From an uncultured Bdellovibrionales bacterium (lineage in GTDB: Bacteria; Bdellovibrionota; JAFGOL01), in contig CAYPMK010000006.1 of the NCBI GenBank assembly GCA_964411885.1, positions 1 to 48,429 on the forward strand: DNA of 48,429 nucleotides. Reading direction: 5' to 3'. The notes beneath the pieces are model-generated. The model made no database searches. It was not told the origin of the DNA and saw nothing but the letters and a program-made list of their open reading frames with translations. This document shows positions 35,448 through 44,963 of this stretch, one piece after another. How positions within the stretch are numbered: position 1 is the stretch's first letter; each line of letters opens with the position of its first letter. Position numbers and translations under genes: made by a program.

Positions 35448-35457
35448 TTTATATCCG

Positions 35458-35952
35458 CTATTTTTTTAGAGCCACAAATTTAAAATCATTATACTCAACT
35501 TGACCAGCTGTATACATTATCTGCCTCAACATAGAAAATGGGATGTCTTTGTCCATTTGAAGAACTATTATTCCTTCTGATTTTAGTTTTTTGTTAAAAG
35601 AAGAAATATATTTTGTTTTTTCAGCATGTTTTGACAACACATTATACAGTGGTTCTATCATAAAACCTGTTTCATCTAGGTCCATCTTTTTCACTACACC
35701 CTTGTCATGTTTAAGGACCACTCTCCCGTCTACTATTATGTTGTATCTATCTACTGTTACAGTCAACATATCTACAGGAGTTTTGCTAGAACTGCTTAAA
35801 GGAAAATCCATATACCCTGATGTTTTTATGCTATGAGAAGTTGCGGCACTGAAATTGATCAAAAGAAATATCAACAGCATTACAAACATATCTAATAGCG
35901 CTGTTATGTTTATCTCTGGTATTGTGGTGTCCCTTCTTTTTCTAATTCCCAT
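35458..35952 (-). CDS. exbD: ExbD/TolR-family protein
   Basis: Single N-terminal TM helix with INITALLDMFVMLLIFLL and a periplasmic domain of about 100 aa. Confidence 0.85.
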   Translation of the reverse strand: MGIRKRRDTTIPEINITALLDMFVMLLIFLLINFSAATSHSIKTSGYMDFPLSSSSKTPVDMLTVTVDRYNIIVDGRVVLKHDKGVVKKMDLDETGFMIEPLYNVLSKHAEKTKYISSFNKKLKSEGIIVLQMDKDIPFSMLRQIMYTAGQVEYNDFKFVALKK

Positions 35953-36473
35953 TAAACAACTCCCCCGCCTAAAACAACATTGGGGAACATCGTGGTTTTT
36001 TTCATATTACCATCTTTACCTATTTCTTTTCTTTCTCTTGATGCATCCATGGTTTGCACTATTTCTTCAAATCTTGTGTTTGAATCTGGCACTATTATTA
36101 TCGACCACTCATTTGGATAATTCTTCTTTATTTCTAAAAGTTTTGTACTCAGCAATTCATAATCATAAAGACCATTCTTCTTTTTTATTAAAGTTCCAGC
36201 TCCATCAACACTAAGTAAACCGCCTGTGCCACCGAGGACAAAACCGTCTGTGGTTATAGCTATAGTAAGGCCAAGTTTTTTCTGCTCTTGATCTTGTGTG
36301 TCCACCACACTGGTTTCTTCTGCAAAAGCAGGCAGAGAAGCATCCAAAATAACATATTCAGTAAAGCTAACAGACAATAACAACACTGGGATTACAGCAA
36401 CAATAAAATCTAGTAATGGAACAAGATTTACGTTCCTTAATGCAGCAACTTTCTTCCTTTTACCAGAAGCCAT
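35952..36473 (-). CDS. exbD: ExbD/TolR-family protein (second paralogue)
   Basis: VNLVPLLDFIVAVIPVLLL TM helix containing the conserved Asp. ATGA-type overlap with the next gene. Confidence 0.85.
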   Translation of the reverse strand: MASGKRKKVAALRNVNLVPLLDFIVAVIPVLLLSVSFTEYVILDASLPAFAEETSVVDTQDQEQKKLGLTIAITTDGFVLGGTGGLLSVDGAGTLIKKKNGLYDYELLSTKLLEIKKNYPNEWSIIIVPDSNTRFEEIVQTMDASRERKEIGKDGNMKKTTMFPNVVLGGGVV

Positions 36474-36476
36474 TCT

Positions 36477-37169
36477 TTAGACCTCGTTGTTTGGGAGTGG
36501 CGGTTGATCTTGAACAGAAGATCTATTCCTGACTGTTCTATATTGTTCAGATATAAGATTTAATACAGCCACAGAATATCTATCTACATCATCCATCATC
36601 TTGTTCGCCTTATTGGATAAATAACTATGAACAACTATGGCCGTTACAGCAACAATAAGTCCAAATGCAGTACAGTTCATTGCTTCCGCTATACCGGTCG
36701 CTAACATTTGTTGTTTTTGTGCTGGGTCTGCCGCAGACAAAGAACCAAATGACTTTATAAGACCAGTAATAGTACCCAAAAGTCCAAGCAGAGTAGACAG
36801 ATTGGCAAAAGTAGCGATAAAACTTAATCCAGACTGGATCTGTGGAACAACTTTCAACGAAGCTTCATCCATAGCCCCATCTATATCCTCTGTTGGTTTA
36901 CCAAACCTTAAAAGCCCTGCCTTTATAACTTGTGGCAAAGAAGCTCTAGGTTTTATCTGGCACATTTTTATAGCACGATCTATATTTCCAGAAGAAATAA
37001 GCTTCATTATCTGTTTCATAAATGGTTCACTATCTACAGCATAAGTGAAATAAAGTTTTATGAACCTATCAACAGATAACGCAATAACAAAAATAGCCAC
37101 AACGCCTATAGCATACATAAAGGGACCGCCTTTCTGAAATGCAACCGCTATTGTTTCATAAAAATTCAT
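36477..37169 (-). CDS. exbB: MotA/TolQ/ExbB-family proton channel
   Basis: Three TM helices and the signature segment STLLGLLGTITGLIKSF...GIAEAMNCTAFGL. Confidence 0.9.
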   Translation of the reverse strand: MNFYETIAVAFQKGGPFMYAIGVVAIFVIALSVDRFIKLYFTYAVDSEPFMKQIMKLISSGNIDRAIKMCQIKPRASLPQVIKAGLLRFGKPTEDIDGAMDEASLKVVPQIQSGLSFIATFANLSTLLGLLGTITGLIKSFGSLSAADPAQKQQMLATGIAEAMNCTAFGLIVAVTAIVVHSYLSNKANKMMDDVDRYSVAVLNLISEQYRTVRNRSSVQDQPPLPNNEV

Positions 37170-37198
37170 CTGAATTAACCTCCACTCCGTAGTATGTT

Positions 37199-37468
37199 TT
37201 AGAAAGGTTCATTATAAGTAACCTCAACTATAGCCTTAGTGTAATCATAGTCAGCAAAATTATCTCTAAAATCAATATCAGATTTCTTTATTATATAAAG
37301 TGTTCTTGGTCTGTCTATAAGACCGGTTATATCAAGTCCCTCTAGATCTACATATTGCCTTTTTTTTGATGTTGTTTTTTTGACCACCTTTTTCTTTGCA
37401 GAATAAACATCGTCACAAAAAGTAGATAAAGATACAATTAATACAATAGCCCATAAAACTCTTAACAT
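37199..37468 (-). CDS. Small secreted protein (89 aa), unknown function
   Basis: Signal peptide, Lys-rich stretch, then DLEGLDITGLIDRPRTLYII. Its position corresponds to gltF in myxobacterial clusters (positional argument only). Confidence 0.45.
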   Translation of the reverse strand: MLRVLWAIVLIVSLSTFCDDVYSAKKKVVKKTTSKKRQYVDLEGLDITGLIDRPRTLYIIKKSDIDFRDNFADYDYTKAIVEVTYNEPF

Positions 37469-37469
37469 A

Positions 37470-38585
37470 TTATTTATCCCTCTTCTGGTTAGCGATATCG
37501 TTTATATACTTAAAAACCCTGTGTGAAGGACTTATTTCTCCATTTTTAAGAGCCACATACCTTTTAAACATATCCAATGCTTCTTGTGGTTTTTTTAGAT
37601 TATCTATTAAAAATATACCATAATTAAAGCAAGCCTCTGGATATGATGGTGCATATTGTAGAGCTTTTTCATACAATTCTTTGGCTTCCAAAAACATGCC
37701 AATGTTAGAATATGCTGAAGCTAAATTAACAATAGCTTCAACCAGCCTAGGGTTTAATGATAGGGTTCTTTTAAATTCATTTATTGCTCCCTCGTTATCT
37801 CCTGAGCTCAACAAATATTCGCCTAAATTTAAATGCGTATACGGATCGTTAGGTGAGAGGTCTGTCCCTTTTTTAAGAAGATCATAGGATTGAGATCTTC
37901 CTTCTAATTTAGCTGTAACAACGCCAAGGTTGCTGTATATTGAACCGTTCTCTAACCCTTCATCTAGTGCTTTTATATATATAAACCTAGCATACTCGTA
38001 CTTACCTTTGAAGTAATAAACATTACCGAGAGTATTATATGCTGGCACAAATTTAGGGTTCTTTTTGATTATAAGCTCAGCAAGTCTTTGTGCTTGGTTG
38101 AGATCACCCAATAATATATAGATCAAAGCAGTATTGTTCATTATTACATCATTATTCGGTATGGTTTCATTAGCTTTTAGCAGCACGTTTAATGATCCGT
38201 TTTTATCACCATCCTCAAGATATGTTTTAGCGAGTAATGAATAAGCCTCTATGAATCCTTTTCTATACTTTATAGCATTTTTAAAAGCCTCTTTTGCTTT
38301 TATGTATTCATTACCATAAAGATACAAGCGCCCCATATTGAACCAAATATCAGCATCTCCCTGATCAAAAGATATTGCTTTTATAAAATTATCTTCTGAG
38401 ATCCTGTAAGTATTTAAGTCAGAATAAGAACTGCTCTCAAACTGTTTGGCTTTCTCCATTGCCAAAGAATAATAATCGTTACTAACAAGAGGTTTGCTTG
38501 TGTGCTCTTTTACAATCAAGTCCTTCTTTGTTGAACAAGAAAACAATATCAAAGGCAATGTAAAAATAATAATTTTTATATTCAT
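37470..38585 (-). CDS. TPR-repeat lipoprotein
   Basis: Lipobox-like LILFSC, followed by about 8 TPR units (W/Y..LG..Y...G.Y..A...F.KAL...P pattern). Confidence 0.8.
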   Translation of the reverse strand: MNIKIIIFTLPLILFSCSTKKDLIVKEHTSKPLVSNDYYSLAMEKAKQFESSSYSDLNTYRISEDNFIKAISFDQGDADIWFNMGRLYLYGNEYIKAKEAFKNAIKYRKGFIEAYSLLAKTYLEDGDKNGSLNVLLKANETIPNNDVIMNNTALIYILLGDLNQAQRLAELIIKKNPKFVPAYNTLGNVYYFKGKYEYARFIYIKALDEGLENGSIYSNLGVVTAKLEGRSQSYDLLKKGTDLSPNDPYTHLNLGEYLLSSGDNEGAINEFKRTLSLNPRLVEAIVNLASAYSNIGMFLEAKELYEKALQYAPSYPEACFNYGIFLIDNLKKPQEALDMFKRYVALKNGEISPSHRVFKYINDIANQKRDK

Positions 38586-41500
38586 CTGCCCACAAACCCA
38601 TAGTCCTGTATATCCAAAGAAGGACTATTAACATAGATTGTTTCTTTCTTTTCGCCATATTGTGTTGGCCTTAAATATTTTAATCTTCTATATGCATACT
38701 TTGTCCATACATTAACTGTTTTAAGACGAGCAGACTCAGATATTGTTTTTTCATAGTTTTCAACGGCCTTGTCCTCATATGGTAAAGCCTGAGTCCTTAT
38801 TTGATTATCATACTCTCTTTTTAACTCCACTGTGTTAATCTCTTTTGGAACAGGTATACCATACAAAAACTCTGCAAATCTATCAAAACCAAGCCCAATC
38901 ATATAGAGTGAGGCCAAAGACCACTCTGTAACACCAAGTTTAACAACACCAAGATAATCGTCTGTCAACTTGTTTAGCAATCTTTCTTTTTTATCATAAG
39001 TGCTCTTTAGTTTTGAATAATCATAATCATTTATTTTAATCGATAAATATTCGTTAAATGTTTTGTTCAATACTTTAAATTTTGCTTCAGCATTATAATC
39101 AGAAGCAACGGTGTCATTTATTCCCTTAGATGATTTGAACAAGTTTATTGCTTTATTATAAAAAGTCATGGCCTGACTTATGTTACCTGCTTTTTCATAA
39201 ATACGAGCAGTTTTAACATATGACTCCATCACACCATCAAGATCTGTTTTGTTCCTTTCTGCATAAGATGAATATATAGATATAGCATTCTTATCTTTTT
39301 TGCTTTTCTCATATAACCAAGCTGCCTGCATTAAGGCGTTAGATCTTTCTCTTATGTTAGTTCTTGATGCAGAATATACAACAAGATGTTCTGCCGCCTT
39401 AACATACTCATCTTTTGATCTACGTATCCTGTATGAATTATAGTGGCTGTCAGAAACATATTTGGAAGCAGGATGTTTTTTAATTAGTAATTCATAATAA
39501 TATAATGCTTTATTAAAATTAAGGTCTTGTTCTAGAGAAACAGCTAATCTAAACATCGCATCTGCAGAATATTTACTTCTAGGATATTTAGACAGCATCG
39601 TTCCATAAACAGAACTAGCACTCTTATATTTACCTGTTTTTTCATATATAACACCTGCATTATATAGAGCAGCATCTGAATACTCCGATTTAGGATATTG
39701 TTTAGCCAATCTTACATACTCATCTGCTGCAGCGACAGACTTGCCTTCGCTCTCTAATTTTTGTGCACTTTTAAAAACAGATCCTGTCATTAAACTTTTT
39801 ATTTCTTCAGAATTATAACTAGAAGTAGCTATATTTTTAGACGAAAGGAGTTTATTGCTCCAGTATTCTACTTCTTTATAATCCTTCTTGTAATTATATA
39901 TAGATATAAGATTCCTAATAGAATCTCCATAAAATTTTGAGTTAGGATACTTATTTACTATGTTTTTATAACCAACTACAGCATCATCAAATCTATTATT
40001 CCTAAAATATACCTCTGATTTCATATAAGACACTTCATCCAGCCTATAACCTGTTGGATTAAGTTCTTCGTATTTATTACATGAGTCCACTAAAGATTTC
40101 TCTAGTTCACCAAGATTGTTGGCAAGAATAAGATCTCCGCTCTTACTCAATAGAGGTTTTATTTCTTTTGTATAATATTTTTTGTCCGTAGATTTAAGCT
40201 TTGCTTGCAAGGCTGAAACAACACCAAACGAACTTTTTTCTTTATATTGATCGTCAGTAGAATAATTTCTTACTGCAGTATACTCATTTGCCGCACCACC
40301 ATAGTCTCTTAAATTAAAGAGAACTTGGGCATAATTATAACGAGCACCTATCATTAGAGGATCTGAAGGATGTTTTTTTAGAAAATCATAGTATAATTTT
40401 GCAGCTGCAATGTATTCACTCCTTTTTCCTGTTTGGTCACCTTTTTCTTGATGGTACATCGCTACAGAGATAAGTTGTTTTTCTATGAGGCTGTCCGCGG
40501 TCATTACAGCTTTTAGGTTTTCTATATTTCTTGCTCTCCACAAAGAGCCATCACCAAAAAGTGTTATCATCTTTTCTCTTTCTTGGTTCATATCTGCGTA
40601 GCTATCATATTTTCTAAGGTCGCTTATTAATTTATCTTGTAAAACAGGGTTCTCTGGGTGATCTGGATATTTAGACAAAACAAAAGAAACAGAAGACCTT
40701 GCTTCTTTAACCCTGTCCGACATGATATACAGCTCACATATTTTGGTCATTATTTCATATTCATAATTTTTACCACCGACGTTATTAAAGAATGAATATG
40801 CATCTTTAATTCCATTGCCTGACTCAGAAAAACCAACGGCTATATAATTCTTCGCTTCTGTTTTAAAAGTATTACTATAATCATAACCATGCTTTTTATC
40901 TATAGAGTCTATCAGTGTAACAAAAAAATCTGCTGATTCATTTATTTTTCCTCTGCTGTAGTATATCCATCCAAGTTTATAAAGAACGTTCTCATAATAA
41001 ACAGAATCTGGATAATTTAGAACCATAGAGTAATAAGATATGGCGGTATCAAAATCATCCATGTCAAAATAATTTTCTCCGAGTCTTGTATATATTTCTG
41101 GCAATCTTTCGCTATTTGGGAATTCATTTATTATCTGTCTAAATACAGGAACAGCTTTTCCCATCTGGCCTTCTTCAAAATAAGCATAACCAAGCAAATA
41201 CATTGCATCATCTCTATATCTATAATCTTTATAATTATTAATAAGTTTTGTTAAAACCCCTACGGCTAAAGAATAATCTATATTAGGTTCTGGCGGCAGG
41301 ACTTGAACTTCTCCTCTTATAAATTTTTGATATTCTTTTTCATATGACTCGGTGTCTCTTATCAATTTTTGTGATGCGTCTTCATAATAGAGTTTTCCAA
41401 GCCTATACAAAACGTCTGGGACATGGTCACTGTTAGGATATTCCCTCAGGTAATTCTCAAAAGATTCTATACTAAGTTTCCTGTTTGACTCTTCTAGTAC

Positions 41501-41716
41501 CTCTATGTTCTCAACCCTTCCTTCAAAAGATTCTTCTAAATCTATTTTCTTAAGCGTTCTTTGCCTAGCTATAATACTATCTATTTCATTAACAAACTCT
41601 TTTGAACTTTTATAAAAATCAGCCTTAGCGTCTCTAAGCTCCTGACAAAATGAATTATCTAAGAACAAGAACGGGGCAATAATAAATATAATAGTTCTTT
41701 TAAACATCTTAATCAT
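38582..41716 (-). CDS. Large (about 1040 aa) secreted TPR-repeat protein (start 41716 or 41707)
   Basis: Signal peptide MFKRTIIFIIAPFLFL. It has many YbgF/BamD-like TPR units (e.g. YPNS....DALY.LG..Y) along its full length. Confidence 0.8.
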   Translation of the reverse strand: MIKMFKRTIIFIIAPFLFLDNSFCQELRDAKADFYKSSKEFVNEIDSIIARQRTLKKIDLEESFEGRVENIEVLEESNRKLSIESFENYLREYPNSDHVPDVLYRLGKLYYEDASQKLIRDTESYEKEYQKFIRGEVQVLPPEPNIDYSLAVGVLTKLINNYKDYRYRDDAMYLLGYAYFEEGQMGKAVPVFRQIINEFPNSERLPEIYTRLGENYFDMDDFDTAISYYSMVLNYPDSVYYENVLYKLGWIYYSRGKINESADFFVTLIDSIDKKHGYDYSNTFKTEAKNYIAVGFSESGNGIKDAYSFFNNVGGKNYEYEIMTKICELYIMSDRVKEARSSVSFVLSKYPDHPENPVLQDKLISDLRKYDSYADMNQEREKMITLFGDGSLWRARNIENLKAVMTADSLIEKQLISVAMYHQEKGDQTGKRSEYIAAAKLYYDFLKKHPSDPLMIGARYNYAQVLFNLRDYGGAANEYTAVRNYSTDDQYKEKSSFGVVSALQAKLKSTDKKYYTKEIKPLLSKSGDLILANNLGELEKSLVDSCNKYEELNPTGYRLDEVSYMKSEVYFRNNRFDDAVVGYKNIVNKYPNSKFYGDSIRNLISIYNYKKDYKEVEYWSNKLLSSKNIATSSYNSEEIKSLMTGSVFKSAQKLESEGKSVAAADEYVRLAKQYPKSEYSDAALYNAGVIYEKTGKYKSASSVYGTMLSKYPRSKYSADAMFRLAVSLEQDLNFNKALYYYELLIKKHPASKYVSDSHYNSYRIRRSKDEYVKAAEHLVVYSASRTNIRERSNALMQAAWLYEKSKKDKNAISIYSSYAERNKTDLDGVMESYVKTARIYEKAGNISQAMTFYNKAINLFKSSKGINDTVASDYNAEAKFKVLNKTFNEYLSIKINDYDYSKLKSTYDKKERLLNKLTDDYLGVVKLGVTEWSLASLYMIGLGFDRFAEFLYGIPVPKEINTVELKREYDNQIRTQALPYEDKAVENYEKTISESARLKTVNVWTKYAYRRLKYLRPTQYGEKKETIYVNSPSLDIQDYGFVGR

Positions 41717-43094
41717 CACGCCCTTTATATTTACTATCAAGATCTTCTATTATTTTTTGTTTGTTCTCTTGAATATTTTTTATCTTTTTACTCTGCTCTT
41801 CTTTTGTCTTCCATGTTATGTCTATTTTGCCAAGTTGTGCTTTAAGCCCAATATCGTCCAGCCTGCTGTTTATTATCTTTATTGTTGAAGCTATGTAAGA
41901 TTTCAAATATCTATTCATTATATTCCTTAAAGCAATGAATTGGATATCCTGATCAGTATATTTATCTCTTGTCTTAGAGTTAATGATTGCTTCAACTCTT
42001 TTGTCTAAGGCAAAATAAACACTAAGGGACCTTCTCAGGTAATCCTTTTCTTTGGTTGTTAACCATTCTCTAAAAGCTCTGGAATATGTTGCATCGTTGT
42101 TAAAAAGAGCAAAGTTTATATTGGTGTCTACGGACATAGGTGAACCATCTTTATATGGATGTGATAAGACTTTAGTTAGATCATCAGATAACTTAAATTT
42201 ATTTATTTCATCAGCAAATATTTTTTTGATACCTGAATATTCTGTCAAGACTTCGTCAAAGATCTTGTTTGCCTCTTCATACATATTGTTTTCCATGTAT
42301 ATATAGCCACGGATAGTTTTAACTTTCATAAAATCAAACTCAGATATATCTTCGCTATAGTCTGCGCTTAATTTTTGCTTATCCCAATCTCTATCGTCTA
42401 ACAAAGAAATAGCTTCTAAATGATATAGTGCTTTTTCGTAATCCTTTTTGCTAATCATCAACATACCCATCTCATATAATGACCTTAAATAATATGGAGA
42501 GATAGCGTCTATCAACTGATAAGACATCAAAGCTTCATTAAATCTACCAAGTAATACCAAAACCCTTGCTTTACCTATTGTAGCAAGATCAACAACATCT
42601 TTTGTATTGTAATCACTCTTATAATTAGAAAGTTTATCAAACAACAGTAAAGCATTTTTGTATTTTTTATTAATAACAAAACAAGAAGCCTTTATATATT
42701 GTCCCTTAAAATAATATGGCATTTCTTTATCTAAACTGTCTATAAACTTCGTGCTAAGATCACAATCCCCTTCATGAAAAGACATTTTGGCTATTTTATA
42801 TATTATAGAAGATCTAGCTTCAGATCTTATATTTTTAAAATCTTTTGAATTATCTATAACATATTTAAAAAGGGCTGTGTCTGAATTTTGTTCTGCTATA
42901 TCCACAAGCCTCGATATGGCGTGTGAATAAACAACTCCCTGAGATGTTTTTGCCACATCCTTAAATATATATTCTGCCTGAAAAAGATCTCCGTTTATAA
43001 AATAGGATTCTGCCCTAGTGGATATGTCTGACCCCTGAGAATAAGAAAAAGAACTATGAAAACAAACTATCGCTGTGATAATAAAATATTTCAT
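41709..43094 (-). CDS. Secreted TPR-like / helical-repeat protein with a C-terminal coiled-coil
   Basis: Signal peptide MKYFIITAIVCFHSSFSYSQ. Repeated A..Y/F..A helical hairpins and a charged C-terminal helix (KTKEEQSKKIKNIQENKQKIIEDL). Confidence 0.55.
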   Translation of the reverse strand: MKYFIITAIVCFHSSFSYSQGSDISTRAESYFINGDLFQAEYIFKDVAKTSQGVVYSHAISRLVDIAEQNSDTALFKYVIDNSKDFKNIRSEARSSIIYKIAKMSFHEGDCDLSTKFIDSLDKEMPYYFKGQYIKASCFVINKKYKNALLLFDKLSNYKSDYNTKDVVDLATIGKARVLVLLGRFNEALMSYQLIDAISPYYLRSLYEMGMLMISKKDYEKALYHLEAISLLDDRDWDKQKLSADYSEDISEFDFMKVKTIRGYIYMENNMYEEANKIFDEVLTEYSGIKKIFADEINKFKLSDDLTKVLSHPYKDGSPMSVDTNINFALFNNDATYSRAFREWLTTKEKDYLRRSLSVYFALDKRVEAIINSKTRDKYTDQDIQFIALRNIMNRYLKSYIASTIKIINSRLDDIGLKAQLGKIDITWKTKEEQSKKIKNIQENKQKIIEDLDSKYKGRDD

Positions 43095-43765
43095 TATTGC
43101 TCTATTCTCTCCGGCATTTTATTTTGTAATTGGGTTTCAAATTTCATAGCAGGTCTATCTTTAAAAGATGTAAAGATTCCACCTTTTTCATAGCTTATAC
43201 CCGAGATTAAAACTTTTTTGTTATCTGGGATCACAAAAGAATACCTGTCTTGGACCTTTATTTTGTAATCTTTCAAATAATCAAATACACCACTCGCACT
43301 ACCAGATACAACTGCTTCTACAACAAGTTCATGATGACCTGGGTTAATAAAGGAACTTAAAATGGAGGCATCTTGTTTGTCTTGGTTAACATCAAAAACA
43401 GAATATATACTTTTGCCATCTAATATATATTTCAGACTCATTATGTTAAACCTTGAGCTCATTTTATTAACGTGAGAAATAGACAAATATGATACAGGAG
43501 CAGTGTTTAGACCATCTTTAGATACTTCCATTAATTTTGATTTAGAATCAAGGACTTTGTCTCTCATAGATTCTATTTTTTCTTTTATAGCCTGAACATC
43601 CATTGACTTTATTTTATTTATTTCAGCAGGATCAACTTTATATTTTGTTGAATTATCGTCTAAAGTAAAAACTGTAGCTTTTTTATCTTGCACCTGCCCA
43701 TCACATATAGCAGGTAAACTAATTAAACAAATTAATAAAACAAAAAATTTATATGATCTTAGCAT
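43094..43765 (-). CDS. Hypothetical secreted protein
   Basis: Signal peptide LRSYKFFVLLICLISLPAIC, an N-terminal helix, and a beta-rich C-terminal half. ATGA overlap with the next gene. Confidence 0.5.
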   Translation of the reverse strand: MLRSYKFFVLLICLISLPAICDGQVQDKKATVFTLDDNSTKYKVDPAEINKIKSMDVQAIKEKIESMRDKVLDSKSKLMEVSKDGLNTAPVSYLSISHVNKMSSRFNIMSLKYILDGKSIYSVFDVNQDKQDASILSSFINPGHHELVVEAVVSGSASGVFDYLKDYKIKVQDRYSFVIPDNKKVLISGISYEKGGIFTSFKDRPAMKFETQLQNKMPERIEQ

Positions 43766-44963
43766 AATCATTTATACCCCTTATATTTTCTATTAGGTCC
43801 TTTGGCATCCTTATCTTGGCCCCTTTTGGCATTACTGCGTCTGTTTCAAAAGCCATTCTTGATATTGCTGGATTATACCTTTTTATTTGGTCCATATCCA
43901 TCCCTAACAATGCCTCTAATTGAGATAATTTTAAAGGTCTTGTCAGTTGAACCGCTTTGTATTTGGTACTATCAGCTTGGCTAATATCCCCGAAAAATTT
44001 ATTTTTGTTCAGGTCCAGATATAGAACAGCAAGAAAACCAGCATAAAAATTCTTTGATGCAAAACCAAAAGTGTTACTATTGTAGTTCTTAACAATAGTT
44101 GATATATCTTTACTACCAACCCTATCAACAATTCTTTTCATACCAAAACGTCCATGATTATATGACGTAATGGCAAGAGGCCATTCATTCCAAAGATATT
44201 CATAACTCTGTTTTAATAATTTAGCTGCCGCATAAGTAGATGCTACAGGATCCTTTCTTTCGTCATAATGCTTTGAAACTTTCATATATTCTTTTGCTGT
44301 GCCTTTCATAAATTGCCAAATACCTGCGGCATTCCTTGGTGAAACAGCCATCGGGTTATAATAAGATTCAACATAAGGTATTCTGGCTAGCTCCAAAGGA
44401 AGACCTTGTTCATTCAAGACGTTTTCTATGTCTTCTATGTAAAGTTGACTATAATATATAGCCTCTCTAAAACTAGACATCTGCCCTTTTTGAGCTCTTA
44501 TTCTTCCGGGTCTTGCCGCTTCAATAAATTTATTATTATCATCAATATTTTTAAATTTAAGAAACACTTCCTTCGATTCTTGACTCAGATGATCGTCTTC
44601 ATTAGACAAAGACAACTCTTTAAGGATAGAAGAATACTTATTCTTTATTATACTAACCCTACTATCTATTATTTCATCTTTGATATCAGAAGAAAGATCT
44701 TTAACAAGATCAAGATCTGAAACATCAACTACATCATAAACAACAAAGGTGTCTGTGTCGTGTATGACTATTTGATTAACATCGTATTTAGAATATATGT
44801 CTATCCAAAAATCAACAGCTCTTTCTAGTCCTTTTGGTACAACAAAATTATCAGTTATTTTACTCCCCTTTACATGCTTTGAATAATATTCACCAATATT
44901 GCCAAAAACATTAAAAGAAAGAACCATATAAAAAAGAACAAAGATGTAATGTTTCTTAAACAT
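43749..44963 (-). CDS. Lytic transglycosylase (SLT domain) with a C-terminal LysM, MltD-like
   Basis: Catalytic-region motif ESYYNPMAVSPRNAAGIWQFM...YN.G. C-terminal LysM-like segment YKAV...LSQLEALLGMDMDQIKRYNP. Confidence 0.85.
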   Translation of the reverse strand: MFKKHYIFVLFYMVLSFNVFGNIGEYYSKHVKGSKITDNFVVPKGLERAVDFWIDIYSKYDVNQIVIHDTDTFVVYDVVDVSDLDLVKDLSSDIKDEIIDSRVSIIKNKYSSILKELSLSNEDDHLSQESKEVFLKFKNIDDNNKFIEAARPGRIRAQKGQMSSFREAIYYSQLYIEDIENVLNEQGLPLELARIPYVESYYNPMAVSPRNAAGIWQFMKGTAKEYMKVSKHYDERKDPVASTYAAAKLLKQSYEYLWNEWPLAITSYNHGRFGMKRIVDRVGSKDISTIVKNYNSNTFGFASKNFYAGFLAVLYLDLNKNKFFGDISQADSTKYKAVQLTRPLKLSQLEALLGMDMDQIKRYNPAISRMAFETDAVMPKGAKIRMPKDLIENIRGINDYAKII

